Source of the DNA: Mycolicibacterium smegmatis
Lineage (GTDB): Bacteria; Actinomycetota; Actinomycetes; Mycobacteriales; Mycobacteriaceae
NCBI RefSeq assembly: GCF_001457595.1
Contig: NZ_LN831039.1
Location: 4,650,001-4,682,000, forward strand
DNA length: 32,000 nucleotides
Direction: 5' to 3'
Below the pieces are notes generated by a model, which ran no database searches, had not been told where the DNA came from, and saw only the letters and a list, made by a program, of their open reading frames with translations. Made by a program: the position numbers and the translations under genes. Positions 25,767-32,000 of the stretch are shown in pieces (position 1 is the first letter of the stretch; every line of letters begins with the position of its first letter).

Positions 25767-26602
25767 GCCAGCCGGGTGATCTCCACGACGACGTCGAGGT
25801 CAGTGGAGCCCTCGCCCGAGTAGATTCCCTTGAGCGGCGCCACATCCGAGTAGTTGCGGCCCACACCGACGCTGACGTACTGCTCGTTGATCTCGGAGTC
25901 GTTGGTGGGGTCGTAATCCCACCAGCCGCCGGTCCACGCCTGCACCCACGCATGGCTCTGGCCGTCGATGGTGTCGCCGACGGCCGCCTCGCGTGTGGGA
26001 TGCAAATAGCCCGAGACGTAACGTGCAGGAATTCCCATGCCACGCAACATGATCAACGACAGATGCGCGAAATCCTGGCATACGCCTTTGCCCTCGCGCA
26101 GCGCGTCGAGCCCCGACGAGTGCACGCCCGTGGTGCCGGGCACGTAGTCCAGTTCACTGCGCACCCATTGCGCGGCCGCGATCACCGCCTCATACGGGTC
26201 GTGCTCCTTGGCAATACTCCGGCCGACGCGTTCGATGCGCTTGCTGCACGGTGTGTAGTGCGTGGGGGCGAGCACCTCGTCGAACCGGTCGATGACCGCC
26301 TCGGTCCGCAGATCGTCCCAACTGACCGGCTCTTCGGGTTTCTCACCGACCTCGGTCTCGACCACCGACGACGACGTCACCTCGAGTTCGGCGTGTGGCG
26401 CATGCAGGTCGAACGCCGTGACCGCGGTCCCCCAGTAGTCCACATACCGGTAGGACCGGGTGGCGGGAACCGTCTCGACGCGGTTGAGGATCACGTTCTG
26501 CCGCGAGTCCGAACGCGGCGTCAGCCGAACCTCGTTGAACGACGCGGTCACCGGCGACTTGTAGGCATAGCCCGTCGAGTGCACCACGCGCAAACGCCAC
26601 AT
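25763..26602 (-). CDS. Transglutaminase-like family protein (Bact_transglu_N + transglutaminase core; Rv2409c-like)
   Basis: N-terminus MWRLRVVHSTGYAYKSPVTASFNEVRLTP. Apparent Cys/His/Asp triad in GVCQDFAH, SHAWVQAW, WDYDPTN. Confidence 0.9.
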   Translation of the reverse strand: MWRLRVVHSTGYAYKSPVTASFNEVRLTPRSDSRQNVILNRVETVPATRSYRYVDYWGTAVTAFDLHAPHAELEVTSSSVVETEVGEKPEEPVSWDDLRTEAVIDRFDEVLAPTHYTPCSKRIERVGRSIAKEHDPYEAVIAAAQWVRSELDYVPGTTGVHSSGLDALREGKGVCQDFAHLSLIMLRGMGIPARYVSGYLHPTREAAVGDTIDGQSHAWVQAWTGGWWDYDPTNDSEINEQYVSVGVGRNYSDVAPLKGIYSGEGSTDLDVVVEITRLA

Positions 26603-27580
26603 CTAGATCTCACCTTCCTCGATGACCAGTGCGTCCCCGCGCCCCGCGTCGGTCCACGCGACCCAGGGTGCCGAGTGGAAGTACTGCTGCGCCAACGCTT
26701 CTCCGACGTCACGGCAAGTCTTCTGCAGACCGGCCAGGCGCGTCTCCAACGATTCCAGCAGCGCGCCCGGCTGCAGGAACTCCAGCTCACTGCGGGCCCG
26801 GCCCAGCAGTCGCTGCGCCTCGTCGGTGGCACCGAGACGGTTGTGCGGCCGGTTGAGCAACTCGTCGAGGTTGTGTTCGGCCAGCCGCAGCGAGTGGAAA
26901 ATCGACCGAGGGAACAACCGGTCGAGCATCATGAACTCGACGACTCGCCCGGCGTCGAGCACGCCACGGTAGGTGCGCAGGTAGGTGTCGTGCGCGCCGG
27001 CCGAGCGCAGCAGCGTCACCCATGCGGGTGACGACGCGCTGTCGCCCACCCGCGAGAGCAGCAACCGCACGGTCATGTCGACACGCTCGATCGCGCGGCC
27101 GAGCACCATGAACCGGTAGCCGTCGTCACGGCTCAAGGTCGAGTCGGCGAGCCCGGCGAACATCGCGGCCCGGCCTTCGACGTACGACAGGAACTCGTGG
27201 GGGCCAAGGCGTTTCGCGGCCCGCTCGCGCTCGGCGAGCGCGTTGTAGGTGGTGTTGAGGCATTCCCAGATCTCGGTCGAGGTCACCTCGCGGGCGCCGC
27301 GGGCGTTCTCGCGGGCGGCGGAGATGGCGTCGACGATCGAAGCGCCGCCATACGTGCCGCGGCTGAACGCGACGATGTCGGTCAGCGACCACACGTCGAG
27401 CCGCTCGCGGGGCGGGTCGATCCCCAGCACTCGCAGCAGCGTCCGCGACGCCTGGTCCGGGTCGACGCTGGAGTCCTCCAGCAGTTGGTGCACCGTCACG
27501 TCGAGGATGCGTGCGGTGTCGTCGGCCCGCTCCACGTAGCGGCCGATCCAGTACAACGATTCGGCATTGCGCGCCAGCAT
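26603..27580 (-). CDS. Alpha-E domain protein (DUF403; Rv2410c-like)
   Basis: MLARNAESLYWIGRYVERADDTARILDV is the hallmark N-terminus. Its stop TAG directly abuts the transglutaminase ATG. Confidence 0.9.
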   Translation of the reverse strand: MLARNAESLYWIGRYVERADDTARILDVTVHQLLEDSSVDPDQASRTLLRVLGIDPPRERLDVWSLTDIVAFSRGTYGGASIVDAISAARENARGAREVTSTEIWECLNTTYNALAERERAAKRLGPHEFLSYVEGRAAMFAGLADSTLSRDDGYRFMVLGRAIERVDMTVRLLLSRVGDSASSPAWVTLLRSAGAHDTYLRTYRGVLDAGRVVEFMMLDRLFPRSIFHSLRLAEHNLDELLNRPHNRLGATDEAQRLLGRARSELEFLQPGALLESLETRLAGLQKTCRDVGEALAQQYFHSAPWVAWTDAGRGDALVIEEGEI

Positions 27581-27589
27581 CGGATTTCC

Positions 27590-29263
27590 TTACTGCTGCT
27601 GCTGTTGCTGCTGGGACGAGTTGTCTGCGGCGCTGTCGGCCTTGGGGCCTCTGCCCGACTTGGGCAGTGCCCGCACCACTTCGGCGGCCGCGAGCTCGCG
27701 GTCGGCGACCGAGGCCCGCGAGGCCAACACCCAGGTGTCTTTGGAACCGCCGCCCTGGCTGGAGTTCACCACCAGGGAGTTCTCAGGCAGCGCCACGCGG
27801 GTCAGCCCACCCGGCAGCACCCACACGTCGTTGCCGTCGTTGACCGCGAACGGGCGCAGGTCGACGTGGCGCGGAACCAGCTTGTTGTCGATCTGCGTCG
27901 GCACGGTCGACAACTGCATCACCGGTTGGGCGATCCAGGCGCGGGGATCGTTGCGGATCTTCTTGGCGATCGTGGTGAGTTCCTTGGGCGTCGCGTCCGG
28001 GCCGAACACGATGCCGTAACCGCCGGAGCCCTCCACGGGTTTGATGACGAGCTCCTCGATGCGGTCGAGAACCTCCTCGCGCTCGTCGTCGAGCCAGCAG
28101 CGGTAGGTGTCGACGTTGGCCAGCACGGGTTTCTCACCGAGGTAGTACTCGATGATGGTCGGCACGTAGGTGTAGACGAGCTTGTCGTCGCCGACACCGT
28201 TGCCGACCGCGCTGGAGATCACCACGTTGCCTGCGCGCGCGGCGTTGAGCAGACCCGCGACGCCGAGCACCGAATCCGGGCGGAACTGCATCGGGTCGAG
28301 GAACGCGTCATCGATGCGGCGGTAGATGACGTCGACCTGGCGCTCCCCCTCGGTGGTGCGCATGTAGACGACGTTGTCGCGGCAGAACAGGTCGCGGCCC
28401 TCGACGAGTTCGACGCCCATCTGCCGCGCCAGCAGCGAGTGCTCGAAGTACGCAGAGTTGTAGACGCCGGGGGTGAGCACGACGACCGTGGGATCGGCCA
28501 CGTTGGTGGGGGCCGCGTTGCGCAGCGCCCTCAGCAGGTGCGACGCATAGTCGCCGACGGCGCGCACCCGGTGCGTGGCGAACAGGTTCGGGAAGACCCG
28601 GGCCATGGTGCGCCGGTTCTCCATCACGTAGGACACTCCCGACGGAGACCGCAGGTTGTCCTCCAGCACCCGGAAGTCGCCCTTGTCGTCGCGGATCAGG
28701 TCGATGCCCGCGACGTGGATGCGCACCCCGTTGGGCGGGACGATGCCCGCGGCCTCACGGTGGAAGTGTTCACACGACGTCACCAGCCGGCGCGGGATCA
28801 CGCCGTCCCGCAGGATCTCCTGCTCGCCGTAGATGTCGTCGAGATACATCTCGAGGGCTTTGACGCGTTGCCGGATGCCGCGCTCAAGACGCGACCATTC
28901 GGCCGCCGAGATCACCCGCGGAACGAGGTCGAGCGGGAAGGGGCGCTCCTGGCCGGACAGCGAGAACGTGATGCCTTGGTCGGTGAAGGCGCGGCCGAGC
29001 GCGTCGGCGCGAGCCTGCAACTCCGACGCGTCGGTGGGAGCGAGCTCGGCGAAGATGCCCTTGTACGGTCCGCGGACGTTGCCGGACGCGTCGAACATCT
29101 CGTCGAACGCCTTCGCGTAGTGACCCAGTTTGTTGTAGCCGTCGAACACGCCCCGCTGTTTGACGCGCGCGCTGCTCCCGGTGGCGTTGCGCGATGACCG
29201 CGCCGTCTCGGTCGGCAAGACTTTCTCGGCTCCTCGTGCTCGGGTGCGGGTTGGGGCGTCCAT
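27590..29263 (-). CDS. Circularly permuted type-2 ATP-grasp protein (Rv2411c-like amidoligase) ending in seven glutamines
   Basis: Family-typical sequence throughout (FDGYN...AFDEMFD..., ...VIYRRIDDAFLDP..., ...VGNGVGDDKLVY...). I prefer the ATG at 29263 over the TTG at 29329, but neither has a strong RBS. Confidence 0.85.
   Translation of the reverse strand: MDAPTRTRARGAEKVLPTETARSSRNATGSSARVKQRGVFDGYNKLGHYAKAFDEMFDASGNVRGPYKGIFAELAPTDASELQARADALGRAFTDQGITFSLSGQERPFPLDLVPRVISAAEWSRLERGIRQRVKALEMYLDDIYGEQEILRDGVIPRRLVTSCEHFHREAAGIVPPNGVRIHVAGIDLIRDDKGDFRVLEDNLRSPSGVSYVMENRRTMARVFPNLFATHRVRAVGDYASHLLRALRNAAPTNVADPTVVVLTPGVYNSAYFEHSLLARQMGVELVEGRDLFCRDNVVYMRTTEGERQVDVIYRRIDDAFLDPMQFRPDSVLGVAGLLNAARAGNVVISSAVGNGVGDDKLVYTYVPTIIEYYLGEKPVLANVDTYRCWLDDEREEVLDRIEELVIKPVEGSGGYGIVFGPDATPKELTTIAKKIRNDPRAWIAQPVMQLSTVPTQIDNKLVPRHVDLRPFAVNDGNDVWVLPGGLTRVALPENSLVVNSSQGGGSKDTWVLASRASVADRELAAAEVVRALPKSGRGPKADSAADNSSQQQQQQQ
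27593..27613 (-). repeat. Trinucleotide (CAG/CAA)7 tract encoding the C-terminal QQQQQQQ of the ATP-grasp protein
   Basis: The plus strand reads ctgctgctgctgttgctgctg immediately before the stop (tta at 27590-27592). Confidence 0.9.
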
Positions 29264-29503
29264 CCACACATGCTGCACCACCCGTGACGTTTTTGCCCGG
29301 CCAACGCAAACCGCGTTTCGGCAGGCCAACGCGGGGTTGCGGTGGTACTACAGTCAGGCGTAGGTATGCCCACTTGCGGCCTCGGCAATCGCTCTTTTGG
29401 GGGTTCGGGGCCCTCACTGGTACCCTGAACAGTCGCTGCCCACAGTGCGGGCGGACCCACAGACTTCGGTAACCCCAGCTAGAGATTCAGAAGGAACTTC
29501 TTC

Positions 29504-29764
29504 GTGGCCAACATCAAGTCGCAGATCAAGCGCATCCGCACCAACGAGCGTCGTCGCCTGCGTAACCAGTCGGTGAAGTCGTCGCTGCGTACGGCGATCC
29601 GTGGCTTCCGCGAGGCCGTCGACGCCGGCGACAAGGACAAGGCATCCGAGTTGCTACACGCCACCAGCCGCAAGCTGGACAAGGCCGCCAGCAAGGGTGT
29701 CATCCACCCGAACCAGGCCGCCAACAAGAAGTCGGCGCTGGCCCTGGCCCTCAACAAGCTCTGA
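29504..29764 (+). CDS. rpsT: 30S ribosomal protein S20
   Basis: [33 protein letters not shown]... is unmistakably S20. The GTG start has AGAAGGA 9 nt upstream. Confidence 0.97.
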
Positions 29765-29779
29765 TCAGTCTCTGATCAA

Positions 29780-29809
29780 CCCACCGCTCGTCGCGAGCGG
29801 TGGGTTTTT
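29780..29809 (+). terminator. Rho-independent terminator of rpsT
   Basis: cccaccgctcg (29780-29790) pairs perfectly with cgagcggtggg (29794-29804), loop tcg, followed by TTTTT (29805-29809). Confidence 0.8.
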
Positions 29810-29832
29810 CTGACCCTCCAGCTCTTCGGGTT

Positions 29833-30792
29833 CTAACCGGCAGCGAGCTGCGCCACCCGGCGCACCGCCGCCTCCAGGGCGTAGTCCGCGTCAGCGGCTA
29901 CGCCCTTCACGTCTGCGTTGAGCGCCGCCACCACTTTCATGGCCTCCGCGACGGATTCCCGCGACCAGCGCCGCGACTGCTTCTGCGCCTTCTGCACGCG
30001 CCACGGCGGCATTCCCAGCTCACCGGCCAGCCGGTACGGATCACCCGACAGCGGCCCGACCCGCGCGATCGTGTGCACGGCCTCGGCCAGCGCATCGGCC
30101 AGCACCACGTGCGGCTCCCCCGCCAGCATCGCCCAGCGCAGCGCCTCGGCCGCCCCGGCCACATCCCCCACCACCGCCTTGTCGGCGATGTCGAAGCCCT
30201 TCACCTCGGCCTTTCCGCTGTGATAGCGGCGCACCGCCGCGGCGTCGACCTCACCCGCGGTGTCGGCGACCAGTTGGGAACACACCGCGGCCAGTTCGCG
30301 GATGTTGGAGCCGACCGCGTCGAGCACTGCCGAGACCGTGTCCTCGGATACCTTGGCGCGCAGTCTGCGGAACTCGGAGCGGACGAAGTCCGCACGCTCG
30401 GCCGGCTTGGTGATGCGGGCGCACGGATGGACCTCGGCGCCCAGCTTCTTGAGCTGATCAGCCAGCGCCTTGGCGCGGCCACCCCCGGAGTGGATGACCA
30501 CCAGCACGGTCCCGGGCGGCAGATCGGCAGCCGCCGACGCGATGAGGGCGACGGCGTCCTTGCCCGCCTCGGCGGCGGCCTCGAGCACGACCAGACGCTC
30601 CTCGGCGAACAGCGACGGGCTGAGCAGTTCGGCGAGCTCACTGGTGCTCACCTCACCCGCGCGCAGGCGGTCCACCGGCACGTCGTCGGAACCGGCACGC
30701 TTGCGGATGTCGCGCAGGATGGCGCCCACGGCGCGCTCCACCAACAGTTCCTCGTCGCCAAGCACCAAGTGCAGCCCGTCGGTCACGCCCAT
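29833..30792 (-). CDS. holA: DNA polymerase III subunit delta
   Basis: [16 protein letters not shown]... N-terminus, about 320 aa, located between rpsT and comEC as in M. tuberculosis (Rv2413c). I prefer the ATG at 30792; the TTG at 30825 in the ORF track would overlap comEC by 26 nt. Confidence 0.8.
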   Translation of the reverse strand: MGVTDGLHLVLGDEELLVERAVGAILRDIRKRAGSDDVPVDRLRAGEVSTSELAELLSPSLFAEERLVVLEAAAEAGKDAVALIASAAADLPPGTVLVVIHSGGGRAKALADQLKKLGAEVHPCARITKPAERADFVRSEFRRLRAKVSEDTVSAVLDAVGSNIRELAAVCSQLVADTAGEVDAAAVRRYHSGKAEVKGFDIADKAVVGDVAGAAEALRWAMLAGEPHVVLADALAEAVHTIARVGPLSGDPYRLAGELGMPPWRVQKAQKQSRRWSRESVAEAMKVVAALNADVKGVAADADYALEAAVRRVAQLAAG

Positions 30793-30799
30793 GATGGTG

Positions 30800-32000
30800 T
30801 CATGTCGGCCCGACAGCGCCGACAACCTGGCCCGCCACCGTCCAGGCCAGCATCACGACGGCCGCGCCCGCGACCGCCCGGCGCACCCAGCGGCTGCGCC
30901 ACAGCACCGTCAGAGTGACGCCCGAGATCGCGACGAGCAGTACGCCGGCCCATCCGGACGGCGTCGGAACGGTCGCCGCGGGCATCCCCGACGCCCACCG
31001 CGCAACCGACAACAACCACCACACCTCGGGACCGGTGAACCGGATCAGCAGCCCCGCGCCGGCCGGCCACACCGCCGCCAGGGCCGCGGCCGCGGTCCCC
31101 AGCACGGTGATCGGCGGAATCACTCCCACCACCGCCAGATTGGCCGCGACGGCCACGACACTGAAGCGCCCGGAGATCCCCGCGACGAGCGGTGCGGTGA
31201 CCAACTGCGCCGCGGCCGCGACGCTGACGGCCGCGGCCAGTGTGCTGGGCCAGCCGCGGGCCTCCAGGCGGCGCGCCCACACCGGTGCGATGACGACGAT
31301 GGCTGCCGTGGCGCACACCGACAACGCGAAGCCGACGTCGACAGCGAGTTCGGGGGCGGCGGCCATCAGCACCAGCACACTGGCGGCCAGCGCCGGAATG
31401 GCCTGGCGCCGCCGGTGCGTCACGATCGCGAGCAGCGTCACCGCACCCATGACCGCGGAGCGGAGCACGCTGGCCGACGGCTGTACCACGATGACGAACG
31501 CGACAAGGCCCACCAGGGCCAGGCCGACCGCGATGCGCGGACCCACCAACGCCGCGGACAGCAACAGGGCTCCGCACACGATGGTCACGTTGGCGCCGGA
31601 CACCGCGGTCAGATGGGTCAAACCGCTCGAGCGGAACTCGGCCGTGGTCTGGGTGCTGACCGTGCTGGTGTCCCCGAGGACCAGGCCCGGCAGGATCGCG
31701 GCCTGATCGGCGGGCAGGACCAGACGAGCCGTCTCGGCGAACGACGTCCGGATGCGTTGTGCGCCACGCTGAATTGCCGGTGCCTCACCGATCGTCGGAT
31801 CACCGCGCGCCGAGAGGGCCGCGACCGTCAGATCGGCCCTGGTCGGCCGCGACAGCGTGGCGCGGAACCCGACCGGGCTGCCGGGTGTGAGTGCACCGAA
31901 ACGGCTCGACGCGAACACCATCACGCGTCCGGAGACCGGGGCGCCGTCGAGTTCGGTGAGTGCGGCCCGGAACATCAGGCGGTTGCCGCGGGTCGGCCGT
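30800..32000 (-). CDS. comEC: ComEC/Rec2 family competence-like membrane protein, C-terminal part (5' end beyond the window)
   Basis: Polytopic hydrophobic protein carrying the Competence-domain motif [18 protein letters not shown]. The reading frame stays open to the window edge. Synteny with holA/rpsT supports the call. Confidence 0.8.
   Translation of the reverse strand, partial: RPTRGNRLMFRAALTELDGAPVSGRVMVFASSRFGALTPGSPVGFRATLSRPTRADLTVAALSARGDPTIGEAPAIQRGAQRIRTSFAETARLVLPADQAAILPGLVLGDTSTVSTQTTAEFRSSGLTHLTAVSGANVTIVCGALLLSAALVGPRIAVGLALVGLVAFVIVVQPSASVLRSAVMGAVTLLAIVTHRRRQAIPALAASVLVLMAAAPELAVDVGFALSVCATAAIVVIAPVWARRLEARGWPSTLAAAVSVAAAAQLVTAPLVAGISGRFSVVAVAANLAVVGVIPPITVLGTAAAALAAVWPAGAGLLIRFTGPEVWWLLSVARWASGMPAATVPTPSGWAGVLLVAISGVTLTVLWRSRWVRRAVAGAAVVMLAWTVAGQVVGAVGPT

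Noticed and set aside
27197-29197. 666-aa plus-strand ORF antisense to the alpha-E and ATP-grasp genes
   Set aside because: Composition is Arg/Gly/Val/Asp-rich and repetitive, with no motifs. The minus-strand genes have unmistakable family sequence, so this is an antisense shadow ORF.
29264-29329. TTG- or GTG-initiated N-terminal extensions offered by the ORF track (ATP-grasp 29329; also holA 30825, reductase-GntR 24561, MBL hydrolase 879, LLM 19640, permease 17674)
   Set aside because: The extensions are Arg/Cys/Pro-rich, lack RBS support, and often overlap the neighbouring gene. Internal ATG or GTG starts with SD-like sequences or ATGA coupling fit better. They remain formally possible.
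29399-29415. tRNA T-arm-like hairpin GGGGG-TTCGGGG-CCCTC in the rpsT upstream region, with a partially complementary tactacagt / actggta pair that could mimic an acceptor stem
   Set aside because: The loop lacks the invariant A at the fifth position (TTCGGGG, not TTCRANY). The putative acceptor arms do not pair cleanly without indels, and I could not fold D or anticodon arms. It is probably just 5'-UTR structure or chance.
29367-29451. Two copies of TGCCCAC-N2/3-TGCGG (29367-29379 and 29438-29451) in the ATP-grasp/rpsT divergent region
   Set aside because: The motif is short and GC-rich, its spacer length differs between copies, and it occurs only twice. It is not distinguishable from chance without cross-species conservation data.

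Overview
High-GC actinobacterial chromosome segment, most likely a fast-growing Mycobacterium/Mycolicibacterium. It is densely coding (about 31 genes). I saw no rRNA, tRNA, CRISPR array, IS transposase or integrase. Layout: (i) 1-880, the 5' part of a DUF222/REP13E12-type HNH-endonuclease gene on the minus strand, running off the window. (ii) 978-1838, an RNase Z-like MBL hydrolase. (iii) 1839-25766, an accessory catabolic block of about 24 kb. It holds a PucR regulator divergent from two long plus-strand operons: deacetylase / epimerase / SDR / APC permease / creatininase-family / ureohydrolase, then amidohydrolase_2 / GFO / GFO / amidohydrolase_2 / Ldh_2 / FAH. It also holds a minus-strand NitT/TauT-type ABC importer, an LLM flavin monooxygenase / CMD / alpha-beta hydrolase operon, a second PucR regulator, a third GFO oxidoreductase, and an unusual flavin-reductase::GntR(FCD) fusion protein. 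(iv) Core genes: the biochemically uncharacterised transglutaminase / alpha-E / circularly permuted ATP-grasp operon (Rv2409c-Rv2411c-like), rpsT with a clean intrinsic terminator, holA, and the 3' part of comEC. Best candidates for undescribed biology: the ATP-grasp/alpha-E/transglutaminase triad, including a C-terminal poly-Gln tail on the ligase; the mirrored amidohydrolase/GFO six-gene operon, which fits no pathway I know; the creatininase + ureohydrolase guanidino/ureide operon; and the reductase-regulator fusion. All functional calls come from motif and family recognition by eye in the supplied translations. No database or HMM search was run, and start codons are the least certain part of each call.
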